Positions 45,372 through 55,461 are shown, counted from the first letter of the stretch. The stretch is 64,000 nucleotides of DNA from an uncultured Candidatus Saccharibacteria bacterium (GCA_965230925.1 OZ246403.1:138455-202454), one strand, 5' to 3'. Notes: a model not told the origin generated them from the letters alone. Translations and numbers: made by a program.

Positions 45372-45776
45372 TTGGTTATAATTTACCCGATGAGTCTAGC
45401 AAACTGGCAAGAAAAGTTCAAGTCTCAGTCGCTAACTGTCGCGGTGAGCCTCATTACAATCCTCGGCTTTACCTTTGGCTTCGGCCTAGGCCGACTTTCT
45501 AAAATTGAAGAGGGGAGATCCCCGATTAAAATTGAGCAAGCCACCGCAACTGACACCTCTAGCCATCAAATTTCAGCCACAGGGTCCAAGCCCTTAGAAC
45601 TTAGTAAAACGACTGGGGGCAAACTGGTGGCTTCAAGGAATGGCAAAAAATATTATCTGCCGTGGTGCGGTGGAGTAGACCGAATCAAACCAGAAAACTT
45701 AATTAGCTTCGCTTCCGCCGCTGAGGCGCGGGCGAGGGGATATACACCAGCAGCTAATTGTCCTGGTCTCGAGTAG
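45372..45776 (+). CDS. membrane-anchored protein with Ada-like metal-binding domain
   Basis: TM anchor then C-terminal [10 protein letters not shown]...[23 protein letters not shown] resembling the Ada_Zn_binding pattern. Confidence 0.4.
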   Translation: MVIIYPMSLANWQEKFKSQSLTVAVSLITILGFTFGFGLGRLSKIEEGRSPIKIEQATATDTSSHQISATGSKPLELSKTTGGKLVASRNGKKYYLPWCGGVDRIKPENLISFASAAEARARGYTPAANCPGLE

Positions 45777-45860
45777 TTTAAGTTTACGGAAGGGGAAAGA
45801 TTAATATAACGTCGCACAATAATACTTTTGCGACGTTACCCTGGGGCTTTTTAAGAGGGC

Positions 45861-46343
45861 TTACTTTGCAAGCGCTAGCTCATGCTTACTCCAACAAGGC
45901 TTGCTGGCCTTCCAAGGCTTTGAACCAGAATGCTTCAGCATCCACATGGCATACCCAGTATTACCTTCAGCAGTATAAATATCGAATCCGAGCTCGGCGC
46001 TTTTCTTCTTATGGAATTGCTCGTTGATCTGGAAAAGACCGACGTCGTAGCGGTTTACCCGGCCACGGATCACTGAGCCGTCTTTCAAATGATGGGTTAA
46101 ACCACTTTCACAACGGGCAATAGCGAGAGCCAGATTAGCGTCTGTCTCGTATTTATGACTCAAGGCCACAATAAGGTCCTCGAGCTCAGGCTCAGGCAAG
46201 ACAACTTCTACTTTAGGGAAGATACTAGGTTCATCGGTAACGGACACAGCTAAAGACGCAACAGCTTCTTGGCTATCGGCAGAAAGGGGTAAATTGTCTT
46301 CAGGAGTGGCCGGGACGAACTGGCTGGCAAACTGTCCCGCCAA
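45861..46343 (-). CDS. lytic transglycosylase (SLT/lysozyme-like domain) protein
   Basis: IARCESG...DVGLFQIN catalytic Glu-Ser motif; apparent TTG start; no signal peptide in the ORF as delimited. Confidence 0.6.
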   Translation of the reverse strand: MAGQFASQFVPATPEDNLPLSADSQEAVASLAVSVTDEPSIFPKVEVVLPEPELEDLIVALSHKYETDANLALAIARCESGLTHHLKDGSVIRGRVNRYDVGLFQINEQFHKKKSAELGFDIYTAEGNTGYAMWMLKHSGSKPWKASKPCWSKHELALAK

Positions 46344-46383
46344 TATGAGGCTTGTGAGACCTATTTTTGAGATCGTGGTAAAA

Positions 46384-46440
46384 ATAAGGAAAAGTGTCGG
46401 TTTTAAGCCATTTTCTGACCTTACTGCACTACAGCAACCG
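46384..46440 (-). terminator. hairpin terminator downstream of nrnA (minus strand)
   Basis: gtgtcggtt...aaccgacac 9-bp stem followed by TTTTCCTTATTTTT on the minus strand. Confidence 0.45.
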
Positions 46441-46519
46441 ACACTACGTCAAGACTATAGCATACTTGACAAAACCTGTCTAGACCCTGAAAAAGTTATC
46501 CACAGGTACCAGAAATAAG

Positions 46520-47530
46520 TCAATTTTCCCTTTCTCCTGCCAAAACAGGATAAATCTTTGGTAAAATTTCTCTGAGCTTGGCTTTTGCCGTCGCAATGTC
46601 CCCCACAATCCTGGCACCCGCCGCTGCCCTATGCCCTCCCCCGCCCAAAGCAGTGGCTAATTTAGAAACATCAAACTTTTCCGGATCTCGCGTGCGTGAA
46701 GAAACTTTCACTATTCCTGGCTCTATTTCATGCATGGCGATACCAAGATCCCACCCAACCACAGATTTAAGTTTAGTACTCATACCAACGGCTCCCACAT
46801 GCTCAGGTCTAACACCTTGTGAAGCCATTTCAGCAAAACTTACTGATGACACCGCCACTTTGCCAAATATCACCTCTATACTGTTTAGTGCCAAAGCTTC
46901 GTAGTAAAGGGTTTCTGGTTGGCGGTTATTATCAAGAGTAAAAATAATTTTGGAAAAATCTGGTATCAGCTCCACCAACTTGGCTACAGTAGCAAAGGTC
47001 TGCGCGCTCGTACCCAGATATCGGAACCCTCCGGTGTCGCCATACATACCGAGGAAAAGACAGGTGGCAATATTACGGTTCAGTTTTATCTCCCAATCAG
47101 CAAAGAGGTCAAACAAAAGCTGGCAGTTGGCTGGATAATCTGGTCGGACTAGATTAATCTTCCCGAAAGCCGTATTACTTTTGTGGTGGTCAATTACGAT
47201 AGTATTAAGATCTTCAGGAAATCTTACTTCTCCTTGAGTAGAAACCATCTGTGGTGAGCCAGAGTCAAGGATGATCATCAGATCATAGTCGGCAAGCGTA
47301 ATTTCAAAAAAGTTTTTTGGTAAGATCTCTTCATAACCAGGAAAAAGGGGCGCGAAGTCAGGTAACTCAGAGTCACCGCGGATAACCGTCGGGTTTTTAC
47401 CAAGCTGTTTGATCGCCCAAGCCATACCCAAAGCGCTACCCATGCTATCGAGATCAGGTCCGGGGTGCAGGTGGAGAAGAATCTTATTCGCCTTCTCAAC
47501 AATTGCTCTAATTTCCTTTGAATTTTCCAT
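46520..47530 (-). CDS. nrnA: DHH-family phosphoesterase (NrnA-like oligoribonuclease/pAp phosphatase)
   Basis: DHH motifs (HPGPDLDSMGS, DHH) and DHHA1 C-domain with GGGH. Confidence 0.8.
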   Translation of the reverse strand: MENSKEIRAIVEKANKILLHLHPGPDLDSMGSALGMAWAIKQLGKNPTVIRGDSELPDFAPLFPGYEEILPKNFFEITLADYDLMIILDSGSPQMVSTQGEVRFPEDLNTIVIDHHKSNTAFGKINLVRPDYPANCQLLFDLFADWEIKLNRNIATCLFLGMYGDTGGFRYLGTSAQTFATVAKLVELIPDFSKIIFTLDNNRQPETLYYEALALNSIEVIFGKVAVSSVSFAEMASQGVRPEHVGAVGMSTKLKSVVGWDLGIAMHEIEPGIVKVSSRTRDPEKFDVSKLATALGGGGHRAAAGARIVGDIATAKAKLREILPKIYPVLAGEREN

Positions 47531-47658
47531 ACAACTCTATCAGATAGTCTACCCACCCCCGCACGTCCACTTTGAAATAGTAAAGCAGCGCGACACCAAT
47601 AATGATAATGATGATTAGTTTAAAAAATCCTCCTTTGTTTGTCTGATTCATAACTTTA

Positions 47659-48921
47659 TTATAGATAATCCATTGGGTTTAGATAAGCTTTCGGATCAGC
47701 AATAGGCATGGTGTAGGTGCCAGCGCAAACCGTACTTTGACGAGAAGAAATTTGCACTCCTTGAGTAGCGTAGACCGTGAAGTGAAGGTGTGGACCCGTA
47801 GCATATCCAGTGTTCCCAGAATAGGCAATGGTACTCCCCACCATTACGGCATCACCGGGTTTTACTTTAATCAAAGACAAGTGCGCATACAAAGTGGAAA
47901 GGCCATTCGCATGACGCAAGAGAATCCATTTGCCGTAGGAAGCGCGGCGGCAAACCGTGTCGGTGTCACCAATCCCCACCACCACGCCAGAAGCGGCCGC
48001 TCGTATAGGCGTACCCACAGAAGCCCGCAAATCAATACCATTATGGCTACCAGAAGTGTAGAGTCGCTTAGAATCAGCCGTAACCCCAAAAGCTTGGGTG
48101 ATAAAGTGGTCAGCAATAGGCCACATAAGAGGCTTTGTCCCCAAGGTGGGCAATAAGCTTGGGTCAATCGCAATTTTAAGCTGGGATTCAAAATCAAATA
48201 ATTCTTTCTCAAAAGCTTGTTTTCGCGCCACGCTTTCCGAAAGAAGTTTTTTATAATTTGATTCTTTGTTGCTCGTGTCTTTCAGAAGCTTGTCTTTATT
48301 TGCCTTTTCTTTATCGGCTAAATATTTTTCATCTGCGAGATCCTCTTTAAAATTTGAGAGCTTGCTCTTCTCGGTAGTAACTGTGGCTTGATCAACCTCC
48401 AAAGCCCCTTTTAACTCCTCAAGCTCCTCTCTGTTCTCTTCCACTCGATCGGCGTATTGAAGTAACGATGTTTGTTCTTGCCAGAAATCGGCAAGGGTTG
48501 GCGTCACCAGCATCACTTCGAGCCAACTGTCCGCCGAGCGCCGCTGCATGAGACGCGCCGCCTCAGCAATCGCTTCTTTATTGCGCTTAATTCCTGCTTC
48601 TTTATCACCAATCTGAGAACCAAGCTGCTGAAGCTTCAGCGAAGTGGCCGAGATTTTATTTTCCGTTAATTTAATATCCGCTGCAAGCTTCTGACGATTT
48701 GTTTCTACCAGCTTGATAGCCCTCTGAAGCGAGTCCTTCTCGGCCGAAGTAAGATTAACTGCGGCTTGATATTTCTTGATCTCGCCCTCGAGCTTTTTTA
48801 TTTCTTCATTGTGGGCTGAGATCTTGGCTTGGAGCTGGTCCACGATTGCTTGCCCCGAGCAAAGCCGCGGAGCCACCGCAAATACGAGAATCAATAATAA
48901 AAACTTAAAGCTTCGCCGCAT
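47659..48921 (-). CDS. M23 family metallopeptidase with long N-terminal coiled coil (EnvC-like)
   Basis: Signal peptide, coiled coil, M23 motifs HNGIDL and GPHLHF. Confidence 0.8.
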   Translation of the reverse strand: MRRSFKFLLLILVFAVAPRLCSGQAIVDQLQAKISAHNEEIKKLEGEIKKYQAAVNLTSAEKDSLQRAIKLVETNRQKLAADIKLTENKISATSLKLQQLGSQIGDKEAGIKRNKEAIAEAARLMQRRSADSWLEVMLVTPTLADFWQEQTSLLQYADRVEENREELEELKGALEVDQATVTTEKSKLSNFKEDLADEKYLADKEKANKDKLLKDTSNKESNYKKLLSESVARKQAFEKELFDFESQLKIAIDPSLLPTLGTKPLMWPIADHFITQAFGVTADSKRLYTSGSHNGIDLRASVGTPIRAAASGVVVGIGDTDTVCRRASYGKWILLRHANGLSTLYAHLSLIKVKPGDAVMVGSTIAYSGNTGYATGPHLHFTVYATQGVQISSRQSTVCAGTYTMPIADPKAYLNPMDYL

Positions 48922-50110
48922 AGTCTAAACGCTTAAGCGTTTCTTGCTTACCGAGCATCTCGGCGAGGGCAAAAGGGTCAGGCGACTTCTCGCGACCAGA
49001 GAGAGCCACGCGCATTGGCCACAAGACCTCTCCCCTCCCCACTTCTGTAGCGTAATCCCAAATCGCGGCCTTAATATTTTCGACAGTAAAATCATCTTCT
49101 GGCAGAGCCATAATTAATTCTTGTAACTTCGCGAGATGGGCTTGATTTTTCAACAATTCCTTATCGTAACTTGGCTGGGCCGTAAGATAATTAAATTCTC
49201 CCGCGCGCGCGAGTGATTGCTCGAGATATTCTTTCTGCTTATCAAGCGGCAAGGCCTGCACATAATGCCGATTGAACCAATCGAGCTTTTTCTGATCAAA
49301 CACTGCCCCACCCTTTTGCACACGCTCGAGTTGAAACTCTTTCACCAGCTCATCGAGACTAAAAACTTCTTTATCGTTCTCTGGGTGCCAACCAATAAGC
49401 GCCAGAAAATTAATCATTGCTTCCGGCAAATAACCCTGATCGCGATAGTCGGTAAGGGCCACGGCGCCGTGACGCTTACTGAGCTTAGAGCGGTCGGTTC
49501 CAAGGATAAAAGGTAAATGACAGTAAACGGGTCGCGGGGCACCAAGTGCTTCTTGGATTAAAATTTGCCGTGGCGTATTCGCGATACCATCTTCGCCACG
49601 AATTACATGCGTCACCCCCGAGAGCCAGTCATCAGTTACAACCGCAAAGTGATAGAGGGGTGTCTCTGGAGTTTTTGCAATTACCATGTCCCCCAAATCA
49701 CTAATGTCTGTAACAATTTCCCCCCGCAAAAGATCAGTAAAAGTGATACTCCCGCCGGGATTCCGGAAGCGAATAACTTTCGAGAGACTACCGTCTTCGC
49801 GTTTTTCTTCTGCCCAATAAACCTTGTCACTCTCCAGCAATCTATTTATTTCCTTCGCATAAATTTCACCTCGTTCAGACTGACGGCAAAAGTCATCATA
49901 ATTAAGCCCGAGCCAGGCAAGACCGTCGAGAATGTTTTGCTCGAACTCTTTTGTTGAGCGAGTACGGTCGGTATCTTCACTCCGCAAAATAAATTTTCCC
50001 CCATTCTGCCGAGCAAAAAGCCAGTTAAAAAGCGCCGTGCGAGCACTACCAACATGAAGAGTGCCGGTAGGACTTGGCGGAAAACGAGTAACGACTTGAT
50101 TATTCTTCAT
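48905..50110 (-). CDS. gltX: glutamyl-tRNA synthetase (short form)
   Basis: PSPTGTLHVG (HIGH) and KLSKR (KMSKS) motifs; 401 aa, C-terminal anticodon-binding region shortened. Confidence 0.75.
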   Translation of the reverse strand: MKNNQVVTRFPPSPTGTLHVGSARTALFNWLFARQNGGKFILRSEDTDRTRSTKEFEQNILDGLAWLGLNYDDFCRQSERGEIYAKEINRLLESDKVYWAEEKREDGSLSKVIRFRNPGGSITFTDLLRGEIVTDISDLGDMVIAKTPETPLYHFAVVTDDWLSGVTHVIRGEDGIANTPRQILIQEALGAPRPVYCHLPFILGTDRSKLSKRHGAVALTDYRDQGYLPEAMINFLALIGWHPENDKEVFSLDELVKEFQLERVQKGGAVFDQKKLDWFNRHYVQALPLDKQKEYLEQSLARAGEFNYLTAQPSYDKELLKNQAHLAKLQELIMALPEDDFTVENIKAAIWDYATEVGRGEVLWPMRVALSGREKSPDPFALAEMLGKQETLKRLDYAAKL

Positions 50111-51224
50111 GTTCTAAACCAAGTTCGAGGATAGCTTCCGCAATGAGTCGACCGGCTTCTGGTCGGGCGAAGGTCTTGGCGCCGCGTTTCATCTCTTCTT
50201 GAACTCGGACATCGCCTAAAATCCGCAGAATTTCGGAAAGCAAAACTGATGGTGTTAAATTTTCTTGCTCAATCACTGTCGCGCCACCCGAGCGGGCGTA
50301 AGTAAAGGCGTTGGTCCGTTGGTCATGACTAATTGATTCGGGAATAGGAATAATAATGGCCGGCAAACTCCAAACCGCAAACTCAAACATGGCTGAGCCG
50401 GCGCGCGAGATCACGAGCTTGGCCACACCAGCCACCATTCGTAACGACGACTCATTGAGATAATCAAACACCTTGTAGCGACCGTGCATATCTGCCGGTA
50501 ACACCAAGCCAGAACGCTTAGTCACCTCTTCAAGATTCTGCGCGCCCACCTGATGAATGATCTGGGTGTGTTTGACGAGCTCGGGTAAAATCGCGAGCAC
50601 AGTGTCATTAATAGTTTGCGCCCCTTGTGAACCGCCGGTGATAAAAATAATTGGCAATTCTGGCGTGAGCGCAAGAAATTCGTGAGCCCCTGTGTGAATC
50701 GGTCGGAGAAGTTCTTGTCGAAGTGGATTCCCCGTCACTGCCGTCTTGGTGGCAGGAAAAAACTTTAACGCTTCAGGATACGAAACAGCAACGCGACGAG
50801 CAAATTTACCCGACCAGCGGTTGACTCGACCAGGCCGAGAATCTGACTCATGAATCACTACCGGAATACGCAAAATTCGCGCTGCGACGAGAATGGGAAA
50901 GCTCGCATACCCACCCTTACTGAAAACAACATCTGGATAAAGCAAATAAACTTTCCAAGTGGCGCGAATAATCCCCCACAAGGTACGGAACCCATCAAAA
51001 AAGTTAAGGATTGAGAAATAGCGCCGGACCTTGCCCGCCGGAATGTGACTGAAGGTAATATTGTTTTCAAACAACAGCCGCTCATCGTAAGGCGTATTGG
51101 CAAAGTAATAAAGTTGCGGTGGCACCAGCTTCCGCTCTTTGGCAATAAGGTTAATTTCTTGCGCCACCGCAATTAGTGGGTTGAAGTGCCCCCCCGTTCC
51201 CCCGCCTGTTAAGAGAATTTTCAT
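50100..51224 (-). CDS. murG: undecaprenyldiphospho-muramoylpentapeptide beta-N-acetylglucosaminyltransferase
   Basis: GGTGGH N-terminal motif and GT28 C-domain. Confidence 0.9.
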   Translation of the reverse strand: MKILLTGGGTGGHFNPLIAVAQEINLIAKERKLVPPQLYYFANTPYDERLLFENNITFSHIPAGKVRRYFSILNFFDGFRTLWGIIRATWKVYLLYPDVVFSKGGYASFPILVAARILRIPVVIHESDSRPGRVNRWSGKFARRVAVSYPEALKFFPATKTAVTGNPLRQELLRPIHTGAHEFLALTPELPIIFITGGSQGAQTINDTVLAILPELVKHTQIIHQVGAQNLEEVTKRSGLVLPADMHGRYKVFDYLNESSLRMVAGVAKLVISRAGSAMFEFAVWSLPAIIIPIPESISHDQRTNAFTYARSGGATVIEQENLTPSVLLSEILRILGDVRVQEEMKRGAKTFARPEAGRLIAEAILELGLEHEE

Positions 51225-51353
51225 AAAAACGAAGTATATCAGCCCTAATTAAGCTTATCTATTGACAGGAAAAAATGGTTGTGCTATTCTAGCACTCGGA
51301 AATAAGCAAGCCGCGTTGGTTTGCAACTTGATAAAAAAGGAAGGAGAATTGAG

Positions 51354-51833
51354 ATGCCGAAGCTAATGGAGTGGTTCCGAAACGAGATGGAAGAGATCGG
51401 AAGTAAGGACATCACCCCCCCCAACCATGAGATACAAGCTGGTGAAGTGGTGATCGGACAACTTACCGACCCGGAACTGAAAAAAATGTTTACCCTGAAC
51501 AGCGCCCTGAAGGATGGGGTAACGCAAGTGTTGCGAGAAATCCAGCACCAGATCATCGATCATGAACGAGGTTCGGAAAGCCCAGAAGATCACGAGCGAC
51601 GCTGCCCCGCGTGTTCACAAGCCCACAAAAACTCGCGCACTGTCGGCAGGGCCAAGTTTGTCGACGTTCTGTTTTGGGAAAGCGTCCGACAGGAATTAGA
51701 TGATGAGGGACTCAAAAAACTGATGCGCATTGAGATGAGGGGTGGGACCATCGGCCTTACGAAAAAATGGGAAATCGTGGCCGTTCCTCCGGAACCGAGA
51801 CCATCCCTCATTGAACTGCTCGGCCTCCGTTAA
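51354..51833 (+). CDS. hypothetical protein (159 aa), orphan gene inserted in opposite orientation within the murG-ftsW-mraY block
   Basis: Strong SD AAGGAAGGAG 7 nt before the ATG; own terminator; no recognisable motif. Confidence 0.45.
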   Translation: MPKLMEWFRNEMEEIGSKDITPPNHEIQAGEVVIGQLTDPELKKMFTLNSALKDGVTQVLREIQHQIIDHERGSESPEDHERRCPACSQAHKNSRTVGRAKFVDVLFWESVRQELDDEGLKKLMRIEMRGGTIGLTKKWEIVAVPPEPRPSLIELLGLR

Positions 51834-51858
51834 CCTTTCCGAAGAATTTGAACTCACA

Positions 51859-51900
51859 AGCCCAGGGATTATTGAATTATCCCTGGGCTGTTTTTTGTTT
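51859..51900 (+). terminator. rho-independent terminator
   Basis: agcccaggg...ccctgggct hairpin + TGTTTTTTGTTTT. Confidence 0.75.
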
Positions 51901-53012
51901 TACGCTGATTTTGAAATATTGAGGAGGATACCGATCTCGAGCAGAGTCGCAAGAAGGGCCGTGCCACCATGAGAGACAAAAGAAAGTGGTACACCAACAA
52001 TAGGTAAAAGTCCGACCATCGAGGCAATATTTACAAAAGCCCCGGCCGCGATGAGTGACACAATACCCGCCGCGAGAAGGCGACCAAACTGGTCTGTAGC
52101 ACCAGCCGCTAGCTTGAATCCCCAGAGAGCAAAAACAAGAAAGAGAGCGATGAGAAGGGTAGCGCCCAGGAAGCCGAACTCTTCACCCGCAACCGAGAAA
52201 ATAGAGTCACCGATCGGTTCCGGCAAAAATCGAAACTTCTGCGTACTCTGACCAAAGCCGCGACCAAACACACCTCCAGAACCAAGCGCAATGAGCGACT
52301 GATTAATCTGATACGCCGAACCCTGAATATCACGTGACGGGTCCCACAGGGTCATTAAGCGGTCGCGGACATACGGCTTAAAGTAGGCCATGGTAGCAAC
52401 AGTAACAAAAGAAAGTAAAACAATAAGCACCACCTGCTTCCACGGTGCGCCAGCTACAAAGAAAATTACAAAGGCCGCTGAGAACGCTACCAGAAAAGTC
52501 CCGAGATCAGGTTGAAGCAAAATAAGAATGGCCGGAAAAACGAGAATTAAAAGATAGGGCAAAAAGGTTTCTTGCCAATTATCGATCTTGGCTCGAGGCC
52601 TGGAAAACCAAGCAGCAAGATATAAAATGAGACCGAATTTGAGAAATTCTGAAGGCTGAAGCGAGAAAAACCCCAGATCAAGCCAACGCCGCGCCCCACC
52701 GAAAGCAAAACCAAGTCCGGGTATAAACACCGCCGCCGTGAGCGCTAGGGCACCGAGAAAAATGGGTAAAGCAAAGGAACGCAAACGCTTATAAGGAAAA
52801 CGAGCACAAGCTAAGAGGCCAAGAAAACCAAGAACAAGCACCCCCAACTGCTTCGTCACCACATGGAAAAAAGTGGCGCCGTCACGGCCATGGAGACCGA
52901 GGGCAGCAGAAGAAAAAATGAAGAAGCCCGCGCCAGCGAGCGCGAGAATGAAGATGAAAAACCATTTGTTCGCTCGCCGGCGCATCACTAAATTAGCGGC
53001 CAATGAGGACAA
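51900..53012 (-). CDS. ftsW: SEDS-family peptidoglycan glycosyltransferase (FtsW/RodA)
   Basis: 10-TM SEDS architecture, conserved loop motifs. Confidence 0.85.
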   Translation of the reverse strand: MSSLAANLVMRRRANKWFFIFILALAGAGFFIFSSAALGLHGRDGATFFHVVTKQLGVLVLGFLGLLACARFPYKRLRSFALPIFLGALALTAAVFIPGLGFAFGGARRWLDLGFFSLQPSEFLKFGLILYLAAWFSRPRAKIDNWQETFLPYLLILVFPAILILLQPDLGTFLVAFSAAFVIFFVAGAPWKQVVLIVLLSFVTVATMAYFKPYVRDRLMTLWDPSRDIQGSAYQINQSLIALGSGGVFGRGFGQSTQKFRFLPEPIGDSIFSVAGEEFGFLGATLLIALFLVFALWGFKLAAGATDQFGRLLAAGIVSLIAAGAFVNIASMVGLLPIVGVPLSFVSHGGTALLATLLEIGILLNISKSA

Positions 53013-54051
53013 CAGTCATCCCCAGTACGGCCATAATGATGCTAATAATCCAATACCGCATTACCACCTTGTATGACGGCCAGCCAATGGCCTCAAAGTG
53101 ATGATGAATCGGCGCAACCAGAAACACCTTCTTCCCGTTCCGTAATTTCTTGGAAGTCAGTTGAATCACATTAGCTACCACGGTAGCAAGAAGAGGGAAA
53201 GCAATAATAGGAAGCACGAGCACAGAGTCGGTGAGAAAGGCTACCACCGTGAGCGCGGTGGTTAACCCAAGAATTCCTGTCTCAGACATGTAAAAGCGCG
53301 CGGGTGGAATATTGAACCACAAGAAGGCGAGAATGCCGCCAGTAACAACGGCGCAGAAAGCCGCCAGATCAATCTGCTGTTGGAAAAAAGCAATGCCGGC
53401 ATAAGCGGCAAAAATGGTGGCCATTACCCCACCAGCAAGACCATCGAGACCGTCAATGACGCTTGAAGAAAAAAGACCAATCATCGTAAGCACAAAAAGT
53501 GGCATAATCCACCAGCCGATATCAACGAGGCCATCAAACGGAAGAGAAATTTCAGAAAGATCGAGCTTGTAATAGAACCACCAAGCGCCAATCACGGCGA
53601 TCACCAGCACAACGAATAAGCGCTTCTTAAACGAGAGACCACCTGAAATATATTTCCCTTGCCCACTGACCTCCAACCAGTCGTCGAGCAAACCTACAAG
53701 CGACGCGGCCACGAGCGTAAAGAGCGGCAACCAGGTTTGATTACGGCTCAAAAAGTTAAGCTTGGCTGTGGTATCAGATGGGAAAATTACGGAAACAAGC
53801 CAAACCGCCAGCATGGTGAGCAATACGCTTCCCCAAATAATAATGCCGCCCATACGCGGCGTACCCACCTCTTTGTGTTCGTGAAGCTTGTTAAAAATCG
53901 GTGTCTCGCGACCATCGGGCGCAATCTTGCCCGCCTTCTTCTTCCAACACTCATGCTTATAAAGGTAATGCGTCAAAATTGGCGTGATGGCAATACCCAC
54001 CGCGAAGGCAAAGATGCTCGGGGCAAAAACCTTGACGACATCGATAAACAT
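52993..54051 (-). CDS. mraY: phospho-N-acetylmuramoyl-pentapeptide transferase
   Basis: MraY signature PIHHHFE and polytopic layout. Confidence 0.9.
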   Translation of the reverse strand: MFIDVVKVFAPSIFAFAVGIAITPILTHYLYKHECWKKKAGKIAPDGRETPIFNKLHEHKEVGTPRMGGIIIWGSVLLTMLAVWLVSVIFPSDTTAKLNFLSRNQTWLPLFTLVAASLVGLLDDWLEVSGQGKYISGGLSFKKRLFVVLVIAVIGAWWFYYKLDLSEISLPFDGLVDIGWWIMPLFVLTMIGLFSSSVIDGLDGLAGGVMATIFAAYAGIAFFQQQIDLAAFCAVVTGGILAFLWFNIPPARFYMSETGILGLTTALTVVAFLTDSVLVLPIIAFPLLATVVANVIQLTSKKLRNGKKVFLVAPIHHHFEAIGWPSYKVVMRYWIISIIMAVLGMTVVLIGR

Positions 54052-54065
54052 TGCAGGTAGTATAG

Positions 54066-54959
54066 CTAAATTGGCTGAGAATAGTAAGTGTAAGCCGCCC
54101 GAACCAGTTTGGTCATGTCGACAAAGCGTTCTTCAGGAGTCGAACCAAGAATCACGGCGACAACCGGCTGATTGAGGCCACGGTCGAAGACGGTGACCAA
54201 GTTTGCGCCAGCAAGCGGCGTGGTCCCGGTTTTAGAAGCGAGTAAATCAGGAATCTGGGCCACGGCTTTATTGGTATTCTCGGGATAATACAAACTGCCT
54301 CCAGAAGCGCGGATAATCAGGCCACTCTCTTTGGTCGCCTCAAGTAAAACGGGTTGTTCTTTAAGCACATATGCAAACAAAGTGGCAAGATCCTGGGCGG
54401 AGCTGTAACCACCAGCAAAGTTGTCTGACCAATCAAGACCGGAAGCATCGAGGAAAAAAGTTTGAGTAAGACCAAGCTCGCGGGCTCTAGAGTTCATGAG
54501 ATCAGTGAAAGACTGCTGCGTTTTCTCCCCCACTGCGGTGGCAATGACTTCGGCGGCCTCATTACTTGAGACTAAAAGCATAAGATTAATCATTTTCTGT
54601 AACGGGAAAGTATCAGCACCAAGAGTGAGTTCAGTCGTGGGTGGTAAATTCTCTACCGCTAGAAGTGCCGTCATCACCTTACCCACGGAGGCCGTGGCAA
54701 GCGGCGTGGTGGAAAATTGTTGATACAGATTCTTACCCGTTTCTACATCGTAAATAAGGGCAGCTTTAGCAGCGAGCTTGGTCGGTAGTGCAAAAACCGG
54801 CTTAGCCAACACTGCTTCTGGTGTAATTTCAATTGTTGATAAAGCCTTCCGGGAAGTAAAGAAAAACGGTAAGAAAAAAAACACCGCAAGGAGAAAGGCG
54901 GAAACTATAGCGAGCGCTTTAAGCTTGTTGGCCATTGGATGTTTGAATAAACGAGGCAA
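54066..54959 (-). CDS. dacA: D-alanyl-D-alanine carboxypeptidase (S11, PBP5-like)
   Basis: SVGK (SxxK), SSN and KTGTT motifs; N-terminal signal anchor. Confidence 0.75.
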   Translation of the reverse strand: MPRLFKHPMANKLKALAIVSAFLLAVFFFLPFFFTSRKALSTIEITPEAVLAKPVFALPTKLAAKAALIYDVETGKNLYQQFSTTPLATASVGKVMTALLAVENLPPTTELTLGADTFPLQKMINLMLLVSSNEAAEVIATAVGEKTQQSFTDLMNSRARELGLTQTFFLDASGLDWSDNFAGGYSSAQDLATLFAYVLKEQPVLLEATKESGLIIRASGGSLYYPENTNKAVAQIPDLLASKTGTTPLAGANLVTVFDRGLNQPVVAVILGSTPEERFVDMTKLVRAAYTYYSQPI

Positions 54960-55461
54960 GCTTCTCCTTCACCAACGCGAAATCCGGTGCATCTTCGAGT
55001 TTACTAATACCCAAGTGACTCAAGAGTTGGAAGGTTGGCCGGTAGAGAAAACTGCGGGCATCGTCCGGATTTGGTACTTTCTCTACAAGGCCACGGACCA
55101 GCAAGTGCCGCACAATGAAGCTCGAGTTCACCCCGCGAATATAATCAATCTGCGCGCGCGACACTGGTCCTTGATAGATAATTACCGCGAGCGTTTCGAG
55201 CCCGGCCTTACCAATATCCCGCGAGAGTTCCTCGCGCGTCAACTTCTCAATTAACTCGCCCACTTCTGGCGCAGTGCCGAGCATCACTTCATCGTCTTTC
55301 TTAACCAATCTTAATCCCCTCCCCGCCAGTGCAGTTTCTAAATTATTTAGCGCCTCCTGAACTTCAACTACTCCCACGCCCAACATCTTCGCGAGTTCGG
55401 CCGAACTCGCTGGTTCAGCTTTCCAAAACAAAATGGCCTCAATGTTATTTTCTAAACTCAT
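54919..55461 (-). CDS. scpB: segregation and condensation protein B
   Basis: Tandem winged-helix ScpB N-terminus (IEAILFWKAEP). Confidence 0.85.
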   Translation of the reverse strand: MSLENNIEAILFWKAEPASSAELAKMLGVGVVEVQEALNNLETALAGRGLRLVKKDDEVMLGTAPEVGELIEKLTREELSRDIGKAGLETLAVIIYQGPVSRAQIDYIRGVNSSFIVRHLLVRGLVEKVPNPDDARSFLYRPTFQLLSHLGISKLEDAPDFALVKEKLASFIQTSNGQQA

